A stretch of DNA of 55,519 bases from Candidatus Beckwithbacteria bacterium (GTDB lineage Bacteria; Patescibacteriota; Microgenomatia; UBA1400; CG1-02-47-37): positions 1 to 55,519 of the forward strand of contig JAZDKF010000024.1 in NCBI GenBank assembly GCA_043803225.1. The letters are read 5' to 3'. Positions 45,631 to 55,374 of this stretch are shown in pieces; the stretch's first letter is position 1; each line of letters opens with the position of its first letter. The notes below the pieces were generated by a model, which worked only from the letters and a program-made list of their open reading frames with translations, searched no databases and was not told the origin of the DNA. Made by a program: the position numbers and the translations under genes.

Positions 45631-46709
45631 TGTGCCTCCAGATAGTTTTTAAACTTAGCAATAAATTTGCTCGAGCTAAATTTTTCGGCCTGGGATCGAA
45701 TCAACTTATGATCCCAACTACGAGAATTAAATTGTTTCACGCAACCAGCCAGACTGTCAACTGTAGGTTGATTAAAAAATAAGCCGGTTTTAAATTCCAC
45801 TATGGTTTCCACAGCGCCACCAGCACGATAAGCGATCACCGGTTTACCGGCTGCTTGGGCTTCCAAACTAACCAGACCAAAGTCTTCTTCCTGAGGCATA
45901 ATCAAAGCCAGGCAATTTTGATAATAGATAATTAGCTCGCTTTCGCTGACTTGTCCGGCAAACTTGATGTTAGCTTTAGCCATTTTTTTTAAGCGTGTCT
46001 CTTCCCTGCCGGTGCCGACAATAATTAAGTTTAATTTTAAACGGTTAAAGGTTTTAATCACCAGATCGACTTGTTTATAAGGTACAAGGCGGGAGACTAA
46101 AAGAAAGTAATCGTGAGGAGTTTGGTAAGAAAACTTATCAGTGGCAACCGGCGGATAAATCACCAGGGAATTCCGGTGATAGTATTTTTTAATTCTGGCT
46201 TGAACAGTTTTGGAGATAGCGATATAGGCATCTGGCCGAACTGAGTTAATCAAGTCAATTTGTTGCAACTTGGGCTTAAGCAACTTAAAAATAAACTTAC
46301 CAGCTGGGTTAAATTTTCCTAGACCTGGGTTTTGTTGGTAGTCAGCTGAGTGTGACCAAAGATAACGAGTAGGGGTTAAACAGTAACAAAGATGCAAGGC
46401 TGAGGGTGGGGTAATTATGGCTTTAGCTTCAGCACTGGTAATCGAAATAACCACATCGTATTGGTTAAAGTTAAATGATTCAAAAGCTAGTGGGGTTAAC
46501 CAAGGATAGAGTTCATGGTAAGTTTTTGCCAAAGGCCAGCGGTTTAAAAAAGAGGTGGTTATGGAAAAGGTTTTAGCCCAAGGTACAGATTGGGGTTTAA
46601 AAACAGCGGTGTAAAACGGAGCCTCAGGATATGCCTGATGAAAAGCGGTTAAGATTCTTTCCGCCCCGCCGAATTTGTTAATTCGATCATAAACAAAGGC
46701 AAGTTTCAT
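45600..46709 (-). CDS. Glycosyltransferase family 4 (WbaZ-like)
   Basis: GGAER, YCLTPTRYLW, IYPPV, SRLVPYK, EDFGLVSLEAQA.GKPVIA; ATG 46709 preferred. Confidence 0.92.
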   Translation of the reverse strand: MKLAFVYDRINKFGGAERILTAFHQAYPEAPFYTAVFKPQSVPWAKTFSITTSFLNRWPLAKTYHELYPWLTPLAFESFNFNQYDVVISITSAEAKAIITPPSALHLCYCLTPTRYLWSHSADYQQNPGLGKFNPAGKFIFKLLKPKLQQIDLINSVRPDAYIAISKTVQARIKKYYHRNSLVIYPPVATDKFSYQTPHDYFLLVSRLVPYKQVDLVIKTFNRLKLNLIIVGTGREETRLKKMAKANIKFAGQVSESELIIYYQNCLALIMPQEEDFGLVSLEAQAAGKPVIAYRAGGAVETIVEFKTGLFFNQPTVDSLAGCVKQFNSRSWDHKLIRSQAEKFSSSKFIAKFKNYLEAQWQQHQEKFR

Positions 46710-47817
46710 AAGCTTTAACCGTAGCCTTAGCGGTTTTTTCCCAAGAAAACTGCTGGGCATAGCGATAGTTATTATCAATCAAACGACGACGCTGAGGGCC
46801 GGATAAATTCACTGCCCAAGTAATAGCCTGAACCATTGAGCTTAAGTTATTTGGATTGAAGTAGTGAGTTGACTGCTGATAGACTTCAGGCAAACAGGTG
46901 CAGTCACTAGACAAAACAATTGCTTTAGAGGCTAGGGCTTCTAGTCCAGGCAAACCAAAGCCTTCCTGGAGCGAGGGAGTAATAAAGGCAATTGAATTAT
47001 AGTAGAGACTTTGAATTTGTCGATCAGTACTGTAGCCTTTTATTCTCAAAAAGTTAAAAGCCTGAAGTTGACGGGCTTGACAACGGAGACGCTGATAGAA
47101 AATATCTTTGGCGGTAATAATAATCAGCTGTAAATCCAGTTTTGACTTTAAACGATAAGCTTGAACCCCTTTAATTAATTGAATTAAGTTTTTATGCGGA
47201 TAGGCATTACCGGTAAAAATTAAGTAGGGTTTATCAGGAATCAGGTCGTTTGGTTTAGAAGATATCGGTTTAAAAAAGACTGATTGGGCGGCTTCTGGAG
47301 TAACGATAATTTCCCCTGGCTTAACAGAATAGAAACTTAAAATATCTTTTTTTACCCACTGAGTCGGGGTGCAGATAAGCTTAGCGCGCGTAATGGCATG
47401 ACGGATGGTTAAATGATAGCCTAAGCGTTTAAGCGGATAAATTATTGGCCATTGAGTGGTAGTGGCTAAGCCTTTGGAGTGGTGTTTGATTAAATCATGG
47501 ATAGTAACGATGAAAGGCTGTGAATAGGTACAGGGAACATTGAAGTGTAAAAAATGAACCAAGTCGGGTTTGAGCTGATTTAAAATTTTAGGAATGATAA
47601 ACTGCTCAGCTAAAGAATAATGCCGGGCGTTAACCGGATAAATCTCAAACCGGGGAAAGAGTTTTTTAAGGCGATGTTGTTTCGAGAGTGGGGCTAAAAG
47701 CGTATAATCAAATTTTTGCGGTTGGTGATAAATGGCGGTAATTAAAGACTGAGTATAACGACCCAGACCGGTATGGGATGGACCAAAGAAACGGGCATCG
47801 ATCACAATTTTTTTCAT
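46687..47817 (-). CDS. Glycosyltransferase family 4
   Basis: IDAR, GLGRY, VTIHDL, PHKN, PS..EGFGLP.LEA, FSWEK.A. Confidence 0.93.
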   Translation of the reverse strand: MKKIVIDARFFGPSHTGLGRYTQSLITAIYHQPQKFDYTLLAPLSKQHRLKKLFPRFEIYPVNARHYSLAEQFIIPKILNQLKPDLVHFLHFNVPCTYSQPFIVTIHDLIKHHSKGLATTTQWPIIYPLKRLGYHLTIRHAITRAKLICTPTQWVKKDILSFYSVKPGEIIVTPEAAQSVFFKPISSKPNDLIPDKPYLIFTGNAYPHKNLIQLIKGVQAYRLKSKLDLQLIIITAKDIFYQRLRCQARQLQAFNFLRIKGYSTDRQIQSLYYNSIAFITPSLQEGFGLPGLEALASKAIVLSSDCTCLPEVYQQSTHYFNPNNLSSMVQAITWAVNLSGPQRRRLIDNNYRYAQQFSWEKTAKATVKAYETCLCL

Positions 47818-47822
47818 AAAAA

Positions 47823-48701
47823 TTAACCTAATTTAATTTTAAGCAGCCGAATTTGTTTAAGCAGATCAATCCCGAGAAAAACCAACCAGCGAAGAGGAAA
47901 CAAGTATTTTTTCTGATAATGTTTAGAATAAAAAATCTTCATGGCTGCAAAGAAATTTTGAGTAGTAATCAGGCGTGACTGTTTGGCTTGATTATTTAGT
48001 CCGGAAGCACCCTTTAAGTGGGTAATTTTCGTTTGAGGGACGTACATAATTTTCCAACCGGCTTGTTTAATCCTAAAGGCTAAATCAATATCTTCGCCGT
48101 ACATAAAGAATTTTTCATCTAAAAGCCCGACTTGGCTTAAAGCTTTCTGGCGAAGAAAAAAGAAAGCGCCAACCGGCGAATCAATCTCATGAGTAGTATT
48201 TAAGTCTTTCCAACCCTGATGATAGCGGGAAAATAGCGGAGAATGGGGAAACAGTTTTTCCAGACCGGATAAGTAAGTAAAGGCCGCCCAGGGAAACGGA
48301 AAGCCGCGGTGGGAAGCAGGATCAATATTACCATTAACCAACTCAACCCGGCAGGTTGATAAACCCACCTGAGGATTTTCATTCATAAATTTAACCATGG
48401 TGATTAGGGTGTCTGGTTGAATAATCGTGTCTGAGTTTAATAAAAGAATGTATCTCCCTTTGGCTTGACGAAGGCCTAAGTTATTGCCGCCGGCAAAACC
48501 CAAATTTTTATCAGTTTGAATGATTTTTACTTGAGGGAATTTTTTCCTAACCTTCGCGCCAGTATTATCCTGGCTGGCATTATCAACTAAAATAACTTCT
48601 ATCCGACCGGACGGAGGATCAGCCTGAAAAACTGAAGCTATTGTCTGAAGAGTTAACTTTTCAGTTTTAAAGTTGACAATGATAATTGAGATGTCCATCA
48701 A
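47823..48701 (-). CDS. Glycosyltransferase family 2 (WbbL-like)
   Basis: SIIIVN, VDNAS.D, NLGFAGGNN, LLNSD, FFMYGEDID. Confidence 0.93.
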   Translation of the reverse strand: MMDISIIIVNFKTEKLTLQTIASVFQADPPSGRIEVILVDNASQDNTGAKVRKKFPQVKIIQTDKNLGFAGGNNLGLRQAKGRYILLLNSDTIIQPDTLITMVKFMNENPQVGLSTCRVELVNGNIDPASHRGFPFPWAAFTYLSGLEKLFPHSPLFSRYHQGWKDLNTTHEIDSPVGAFFFLRQKALSQVGLLDEKFFMYGEDIDLAFRIKQAGWKIMYVPQTKITHLKGASGLNNQAKQSRLITTQNFFAAMKIFYSKHYQKKYLFPLRWLVFLGIDLLKQIRLLKIKLG

Positions 48702-49885
48702 GCGCCTCCCAGTTGTTGGTAGATTTTATCCAAAGTTCTGGAAATTATCTGCCAGTTATATTGAGTATAGACTAAGTCTTTAGCATTATAGGCTAATTTG
48801 GCGGCTAAAGCTTTGTCAGTTAAAACCGCTACTGTTTGACTGGCCAGATTGTCAGCTGATTCTGCAATTAAAACTGAATGTTGATTAACCGCATCAATGC
48901 CTTCAATTCCCAATCTGGTGGTAACCACCGGAACTCGGCTGGCCATGGCTTCCAAAACTTTATATTTAGTTCCCCGGCCGTTACGGATCGGGGCCAGTAA
49001 AACACTGGCTGATTGAAAAGCCTGGCGGATATCTTCAACCTGGCCGTTAACCGTTACCTGCGGCTGATTAGCCAGATTAAGAATTTCGGCAGTGGGATTA
49101 CGGCCAACAATCCAGAGTTTGGCTTGGGGTAAAACCTGATGGATTTTAGGCCAAATGTCGGTAACTAAAAACTTAGCGGCATCTTTGTTAGGCAACCATT
49201 TAAAGTTGCCGACGAACAAAATTGTCGGGAGCTGATCCTTTAGTTTTTTAACGCTGGCAAAATGCTCAACATCGACTCCATTGGCAACAACATCGACCTT
49301 GCGATCGAAAACTGAATTTTCCATGATGGTTTTATCAGACTGGGACATAGCGGCTAAACGGGTGGCTTTACGCCAATAGTACTTTTCCCATAACTTAATT
49401 TTAAAAACATCAAAGTAAAGCAAAGGTTTTAAGAAAAAGAGCTTAAAGTCTTCAACAAACCGCTGGTAGACCATGTACTCAATGGTCTGTTCCACCAAAA
49501 GCGTCGGGATGTGGGCAGATTTAGGCAGATTGGGCATAACGTAAAAGGTTTCCGCGTGAATAAGGTCATAATTGGCGGCTAATTCGCGCTGAATGGCGGT
49601 TTTAACTGACCGGGAAAGATAGATCGAAACCAGAAACGGATAAGGAGACAGGACGGAAATTAAGATGTTTCGCGGATCCCAGGCTTGACGGCGTTTAAAG
49701 ACTTTTACTTTAGCGCAATATTTTTTTAATTCGCTGATATGCTCGGTTTCCTTATTAGAACGGATAAAACTGAATAAGGTAATCTGGTGTTTCTGAGAAA
49801 GATTTTTAATTAAGTTATAGCTTCTGATCTGGCCGCCGGAGTGTAAGGGGTATGGCAAGTAAGGAGTCAACATTAAGATCTTCAT
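48698..49885 (-). CDS. Glycosyltransferase family 4
   Basis: PYP..SGG.IR, NGVD, FVG.F.W.PN, P...G.G...KVLEAMA. Confidence 0.92.
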   Translation of the reverse strand: MKILMLTPYLPYPLHSGGQIRSYNLIKNLSQKHQITLFSFIRSNKETEHISELKKYCAKVKVFKRRQAWDPRNILISVLSPYPFLVSIYLSRSVKTAIQRELAANYDLIHAETFYVMPNLPKSAHIPTLLVEQTIEYMVYQRFVEDFKLFFLKPLLYFDVFKIKLWEKYYWRKATRLAAMSQSDKTIMENSVFDRKVDVVANGVDVEHFASVKKLKDQLPTILFVGNFKWLPNKDAAKFLVTDIWPKIHQVLPQAKLWIVGRNPTAEILNLANQPQVTVNGQVEDIRQAFQSASVLLAPIRNGRGTKYKVLEAMASRVPVVTTRLGIEGIDAVNQHSVLIAESADNLASQTVAVLTDKALAAKLAYNAKDLVYTQYNWQIISRTLDKIYQQLGGA

Positions 49886-51312
49886 AAACAGCCATGAAGA
49901 TCAATGATAATGTACTCGTCGGTCTTTTCTACCACTGAGCATTTTTCTGCCAAATACGCAGAGACATTGTCAAAGTTAACCGAAATATAGTAAGTGGCGC
50001 CTTGTTTGACTTTGGCTTCAATGTCAACGCCGTCAGGCCAGCCATAGCGATTAGTCTGGTATAAAAAGGCCGGATCAGAGTTATAGGCAGCAATTACCAG
50101 AGCATCTTTAGGTGTGAGTCGATCAACTGCCTGGCCGGCTTTAACAATCTCCGGCCGGTTGATGTTGAAAAATCCCCTAACCTCATACCAGCCAAAAGCC
50201 AAGGAGATTAAGATTAAAAAACAAGCCAGAGAAAAATTAATTATTCGGGGGAGAAGTTTTTTTGTTTGGTTGATAATCGCAAAAAAACCAAAACTAACTA
50301 GAATAGAACCAACCGGCATAATCGGCAGCTGGTAGTAATCATGAGTGACATTGCCCATAGCAAAGATAGTCATATAAGCCACGACTGATAAAAACCACAC
50401 AAAAATTAAAGTTTTTTTCTTATCCAGATAGGAATTTAGCAAACCGATAATTAATAAAACAAAACCACCGGTAGCAAAGATTAAGCGGTTTAAACGCTCA
50501 AAGATAAGCCAGCGGAAAAAGGCACCGGAAAAGCGAATATCGGTCCGGTTAAATAACCAACTAGTGTCAAAGTTAGCCTCCGGATGAAGATGATAATGAT
50601 AGCGCCAGAGTAAAACCGGAACCAGGGCGATAATTGTCGCGAGGTAAGTAGTTTTATTTTTAAAAATCTTAACGCCTTTGGTTACCAAGGCCCAATAAAT
50701 CATTGGCAAAACCATAAAAGCAGCATAGGGCTTGACCAACATCGCTAAACCAAAGACCAAACCGGTGAGTAGGCCATAAATAGGTTTGTCTTGCTGAAAC
50801 CAAATAATAAACAAGTAAAGACTGATGATCGACAGGCTGACAAAAGTCGGGTCAGGCATGATCACCCGACCATAATAAATATTGTAAGGATTTAAGGCAT
50901 AAAACAGTCCGGCGACAAGAGCGGTTTTAAAATTAAAAAGTCTATTAACTAAGAGAAAGAGAAAGACTGCACCGATGCTGGCAAAAAAATCGCTGACTAA
51001 CCGAGCTATAGCTGGATTTATGCCAAAGAGTTTATATCCAATAGCCACCAGGACATTGTAAAACGGAAATTCATTGATAAATAAGCGATTAGGGTTGGGT
51101 AACTGCTGGGGATTTAAAGCCAGCAAGCTGTCGGACTGAGGATAAAGTAAATTAAAATCAGCTTTAATAAAGTTTCTCGCCACAGCCGCGGTGTCAGCCT
51201 GGCGCCAGGAATGCCAGTCAGCTACAGGATTATTCACCCGATAAAGCCGCGGGATAAAGGCCAGAATAAAGATAAACAAAGGAATAATAAATTTAAGCAG
51301 TTTTTTTGTCAT
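49882..51312 (-). CDS. GT-C fold (ArnT/PMT-like) membrane glycosyltransferase
   Basis: WRQADTAAVARNF, EFP.Y, multiple TMs, R..MPD, LVKP, HDYYQLP. Confidence 0.85.
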   Translation of the reverse strand: MTKKLLKFIIPLFIFILAFIPRLYRVNNPVADWHSWRQADTAAVARNFIKADFNLLYPQSDSLLALNPQQLPNPNRLFINEFPFYNVLVAIGYKLFGINPAIARLVSDFFASIGAVFLFLLVNRLFNFKTALVAGLFYALNPYNIYYGRVIMPDPTFVSLSIISLYLFIIWFQQDKPIYGLLTGLVFGLAMLVKPYAAFMVLPMIYWALVTKGVKIFKNKTTYLATIIALVPVLLWRYHYHLHPEANFDTSWLFNRTDIRFSGAFFRWLIFERLNRLIFATGGFVLLIIGLLNSYLDKKKTLIFVWFLSVVAYMTIFAMGNVTHDYYQLPIMPVGSILVSFGFFAIINQTKKLLPRIINFSLACFLILISLAFGWYEVRGFFNINRPEIVKAGQAVDRLTPKDALVIAAYNSDPAFLYQTNRYGWPDGVDIEAKVKQGATYYISVNFDNVSAYLAEKCSVVEKTDEYIIIDLHGCL

Positions 51313-52879
51313 GTTTTAAAGTGTGCGTGGCTAAAGCCAACAACAGTCCGATAATTGACCAGTAACTGTAAGCAATCTTTGATGCTTCAAAAACATCAAT
51401 ATAGATCGCGTTGGCCAGCAAACCGATGGTAATGGCAATGCCAGAGCCAAACAAGGCTGAGTCAAGCAGTCGGGTAGACTTTCTAAACGCCCGGTAGAGA
51501 GTTTTTAGAACTACCCCAAGAATCAGGATAAATGAGGCAAATCCTAAAATCCCGGTCTCGCCTAACAAGCGCAGATAGTCGTTATCAGTTGATTCGGCGA
51601 TCGTAAACTCCCAAACCTTAGACTTAACCAGAGTCGAATAACCGGTGCCGAGTAAGGGGTTGATTTTTAAAGCCCTAACCGCATTCGGCCATAAAGTATC
51701 CAAACGGATACCGGCTGACAAACCGTATCTAAGCGCGTTCTCCGAATAATTGATGTTAAAAGTTTCACCGGAAACTGTGGCTAGGTAGGCTTGCAACTTT
51801 TCATAGGTATCGTCGTAAACATCGAGCGGTTTGTCTGGAAGTGAACCGGGTGGACGTTCGCTGGAGGGCGGAATATCGGTTCTGGTGGCAATAATACTTA
51901 ACTGCTCCTCCAGGCTTAAATTAGGATTTAAAGCCAGACCGTTTTTTGGCGGCGAGCGAAACGGCCTTAAAACAATTTCTTTAACCCCTTCCAGCTTTAG
52001 GATATGGGAAAATCTTTCTGACAGATCCCCAAAAGAAATCATAATAAGAAAGCTTAAACTGATCACGACCAACCAGCGGCTGAAGACCCAAAAAAACCTT
52101 TTTTTAAAAAACATCAGAAAAAAGGCAGCTGAGATACCGATAATGTAAGCGACCCAGGAAGTCCGGGAAGCGGTTAAGATTAAAAGCCAGTATTCAAAAA
52201 CCGAGACCAGCAGGCTCAAGTAACGGATCCACTTCTTTTCATAGACTAGGCTGATGATGATCAGAGGAATTAAGGTAATGACAATGTATCCGGCCAGATC
52301 AAAGTGACCGCCAAAGGTTGAGAGCACCCGGGCATGCTCGGTTAAATACAAAGCAATACCTTTGGAAAACTCCCGATTCATCGTGGAATAAGCCGGCCAG
52401 TAAAGATATTTCTGGCCAAAACCGTAGATCGAGACCGAAAAAACAGTGAACATTAACAAACAGATAAAAACTTTAAGAGTTTTTAAGTTTTTCAGGGCAA
52501 AGTAAAAGATAAAAAACAAAGAAAAGTACTCGATCCGTCTGAACCAGTGGAGAAAAACTTTGGCGATTTGAATCCATTCAGGGTAAACAGTCTTGGTAAT
52601 AAAAATAGCAGACAAAGTCGACAATAAGCCGATAGTTAAATAGATCAGGATCGGTTTAAACAACGGCGCGGACTGAATTTTAATTTTTTTTCTGACAACC
52701 TGAAAGATAAAGTAGAAATTAGCGATTAAGATTAAGACATCTTCCAGCCTGACTCTAACATTGTAGCCCGGCAGAATGTCAAACAATGGCCATTTGGGAT
52801 ACAACGGAATAAAGACCAGCAAAAAACCAGCAATAAGGGTTAAGAGATGCTGATCAAGCCAATTTAAAAGCTTCGGCAT
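51293..52879 (-). CDS. O-antigen ligase/Wzy_C-like membrane protein
   Basis: R..STFG, LT.SR.S, R...W, NPLLGTG, DNDYLR.L.E.GILG; many TMs. Confidence 0.82.
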   Translation of the reverse strand: MPKLLNWLDQHLLTLIAGFLLVFIPLYPKWPLFDILPGYNVRVRLEDVLILIANFYFIFQVVRKKIKIQSAPLFKPILIYLTIGLLSTLSAIFITKTVYPEWIQIAKVFLHWFRRIEYFSLFFIFYFALKNLKTLKVFICLLMFTVFSVSIYGFGQKYLYWPAYSTMNREFSKGIALYLTEHARVLSTFGGHFDLAGYIVITLIPLIIISLVYEKKWIRYLSLLVSVFEYWLLILTASRTSWVAYIIGISAAFFLMFFKKRFFWVFSRWLVVISLSFLIMISFGDLSERFSHILKLEGVKEIVLRPFRSPPKNGLALNPNLSLEEQLSIIATRTDIPPSSERPPGSLPDKPLDVYDDTYEKLQAYLATVSGETFNINYSENALRYGLSAGIRLDTLWPNAVRALKINPLLGTGYSTLVKSKVWEFTIAESTDNDYLRLLGETGILGFASFILILGVVLKTLYRAFRKSTRLLDSALFGSGIAITIGLLANAIYIDVFEASKIAYSYWSIIGLLLALATHTLKHDKKTA

Positions 52880-53717
52880 AAATTTTGTTTCTAAAAAGAA
52901 TCAGCCTTAACAGAGCGCCAATTTTTAGCAATAAGCTCAATATACACGATTGCCAGAAAGAATGGTGTTTTTTATAAATATACTTAAGACCTTTATACTC
53001 ACCTAGAATTGCCCCCCGGCTGGAGCCGGAAGCCTGACCAAGATGAGTTAACTGCGGAACAGAAAAATAATCAAGCTGGTGCCTGCTTTTGGCTGCCCGA
53101 TAACAAAACTCAACGTCCTCGCCGTACATAAAAATCTTTTCATCCAAGCCGCCAAGCTGACGGTAAAGAGAAGCTTTCACTAATAAAGCGGTGCCGCTAA
53201 GCCAACCCGGATGCTGGTCTTTTCGAAAATAATTGTTTTGATTCTGGTGGTAGGATTTAATTAGAGATTTTAGAATCGGCAAGTCATCAATAAAAAACAT
53301 CCAGACAGCTAAGTTGCAAAGTGTAGGCAGACTACCACCTTGGAATTGAATTGAGCCGTCTGAATTTAACAGTTTACAGGAAGCAATTGAAGAATTATTT
53401 TTCACAGCTAGTTTCATAAGAGTACTAATTGTATTTGATTTCAATAATGTGTCGCTATTTAACAACCAAATATATTTACCTTTTGCTTTAGTAAAACCAA
53501 AGTTATTACCTTGGGCAAATCCCAGGTTTCCGCCTGACGAATAAATTTGATACTGGGGAAATTTTTGTTTTAAATACTCAATAGAACCGTCATTGGAACC
53601 ATTGTCGACGACGATTACTTCTTTTTTAAGGCTGTCTTTTGAATTCTTGATAGTTTTAAGACAGTTAGCAGTGATTGCTTTAGTGTTGTAATTAACAATA
53701 ATTATCGACAAATCCAT
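52854..53717 (-). CDS. Glycosyltransferase family 2
   Basis: SIIIVNYN, VDNGS.DGS, NLGFA.GNN, LLNSD, FMYGED. Confidence 0.93.
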   Translation of the reverse strand: MDLSIIIVNYNTKAITANCLKTIKNSKDSLKKEVIVVDNGSNDGSIEYLKQKFPQYQIYSSGGNLGFAQGNNFGFTKAKGKYIWLLNSDTLLKSNTISTLMKLAVKNNSSIASCKLLNSDGSIQFQGGSLPTLCNLAVWMFFIDDLPILKSLIKSYHQNQNNYFRKDQHPGWLSGTALLVKASLYRQLGGLDEKIFMYGEDVEFCYRAAKSRHQLDYFSVPQLTHLGQASGSSRGAILGEYKGLKYIYKKHHSFWQSCILSLLLKIGALLRLILFRNKIYAEAFKLA

Positions 53718-53720
53718 AGG

Positions 53721-54326
53721 TTATTGAAACAATCTGGGACGGCCAAGACAGTAATTTAACTCACTTACCTGGCGGATTCCAATTGGCTTAGCGGGAACGC
53801 CACCAACTATTGTCATATCAGGAACATCTTTAGTGACCACTGCGCCAGCAGCAATAACTGAGCCTTTACCAATCGTAATTCCAGGCAAGATAATCGCTCT
53901 GGGGCCGATAAAACAGTAGTCCTTGATGGTAACGGGTTGTTCGATTGGATCAAAAAAGGGCGAGTTAAGATCATGTTCTGAGTTAAAAATCATGACTTGG
54001 CTGGCAATGTCAACATGATTGCCAATAGTTAACTCAGCCCGGCCGTCTAAAGTGACATGGTCACCAATTATGGTACCATTACCAACAGTAATGTTTTTTG
54101 GCTGGAAGAAACGGGCGCCGATATGAATCGTGGATTTTTTCCCGATCTTGACACCGGCAAATTTAAAAAGACAGCGGCGGAAACAATGCGAAGGAACAAA
54201 ACCTAACAGCCATAACAGAGAAATTTTAAAATCCAGGTAGTAGTTGTAAAGCCGATTACAGATCTTACGGCAGGCTTGACACCAAGTTAACGGTTGATTG
54301 GATCGGTCTTTAAAGAGTGAGTTCAT
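53721..54326 (-). CDS. Hexapeptide-repeat O-acetyltransferase
   Basis: Left-handed beta-helix repeats; ILPG.TIG.G.VIAAGAVVTKDVP...VGGVPAK. Confidence 0.92.
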   Translation of the reverse strand: MNSLFKDRSNQPLTWCQACRKICNRLYNYYLDFKISLLWLLGFVPSHCFRRCLFKFAGVKIGKKSTIHIGARFFQPKNITVGNGTIIGDHVTLDGRAELTIGNHVDIASQVMIFNSEHDLNSPFFDPIEQPVTIKDYCFIGPRAIILPGITIGKGSVIAAGAVVTKDVPDMTIVGGVPAKPIGIRQVSELNYCLGRPRLFQ

Positions 54327-55374
54327 TTAATACCTCCAAGATCGTGTTCGCTGATTTTTCCCAAGAAAAGTTTTTAGCTTTTTGTCGGGCAGCAGCTAAT
54401 TGTTGTTTTTTAGTCTCAGTTGACAAAGATAATAGCTCTATTATACCTTTTTCGATGGCTGGAGCGTTAAATGGCGGTTCAATGTACAGACCGCAGTCGC
54501 CCACAATCTCCGGCAAAGAGGAGTTGCGGCTGACTAGAACCGGCGTTCCTAAAGCCATTGCCTGAACCACGGGAATACCAAAACCTTCATATAAACTGGG
54601 TAAAATTAATCCTAAACTATTTTTAATTAAGGTAGGGAGTTTATCCTGAGGCACAAAACCAAGATACTGAACATTTTTTAGCGGCCGTGGCTGGTAAAGC
54701 CAGCCGGTTTTCCCGGCAATAACTAACTTAATCCCTGCGAGGTCGGACCTCGCAGACTGGCAAAAGACCTCAATTAAGGCATTAAGATTTTTACGAGGTT
54801 GGAGTGTGCCTACATAAAGCAAATATTTACCTTTAACTGGGCTTTTGCCAGTTACTTTGAGCCGGTCAACCCCGGGATAAACAACACTTATTTTATTTTC
54901 CGGAATTTGGTAACTGGCCACAAGGTCATTTTTGGTAGCCTGGGAAATAGCAAAAATGTGTTTGGCTTGTTTAGTGGAATAGGCAGTCCACAATTTCAAT
55001 TGCCATAGATCAGAGCGCCGAAAAGTTTGAGGAAACTTTAAAAAAGCCAAGTCCATAATGCAAACCAAAGTCGGTACAGGAGAAAATCGTGGCGCATAGT
55101 GACCTAAAGTCAGAAAAAGATCGGGCTTAGGCTTTTGGAAGTATAATTGTAAGGGTAAACGCCATTGGGTCCATAAAAACTTAGGGAGTACAATTTGATA
55201 CTGCCAACGGAGTGAAGCCGAAGGCATATCCGATAATGGAGCAGTTTTTAAATATATTCTATAAGAGTTGGTTTTATCCAGACGAGATAATTGAGTTAAA
55301 ATTTGGAAAGCATACTGATTACTGCCGACCCGGTTAACCACATTAGCTTCGTTAGCATCAATTCCGATTAACAC
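54310..55374 (-). CDS. Glycosyltransferase family 4 carrying in-frame palindrome R6
   Basis: GTG start with SD AGGAGG; IGID, VGTLQPRKN, PSLYEGFGIP, FSWEKSA. Confidence 0.93.
   Translation of the reverse strand: MLIGIDANEANVVNRVGSNQYAFQILTQLSRLDKTNSYRIYLKTAPLSDMPSASLRWQYQIVLPKFLWTQWRLPLQLYFQKPKPDLFLTLGHYAPRFSPVPTLVCIMDLAFLKFPQTFRRSDLWQLKLWTAYSTKQAKHIFAISQATKNDLVASYQIPENKISVVYPGVDRLKVTGKSPVKGKYLLYVGTLQPRKNLNALIEVFCQSARSDLAGIKLVIAGKTGWLYQPRPLKNVQYLGFVPQDKLPTLIKNSLGLILPSLYEGFGIPVVQAMALGTPVLVSRNSSLPEIVGDCGLYIEPPFNAPAIEKGIIELLSLSTETKKQQLAAARQKAKNFSWEKSANTILEVLNELTL
54735..54755. repeat. REP-like palindrome R6 CTGCGAGGTC-G-GACCTCGCAG (intragenic)
   Basis: Perfect 10-bp arms with a 1-nt centre; same geometry as R1 with 4 compensated pair changes; encodes (S)ARSDLA(G). 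Confidence 0.7.

Noticed and set aside
2418-55008. Numerous 60-105 aa ORFs antisense to or nested within identified genes (e.g. 9526-9843, 14229-14531, 42913-43221, 51831-52148)
   Set aside because: Shadow ORFs of well-supported genes, with no motifs or independent expression signals.
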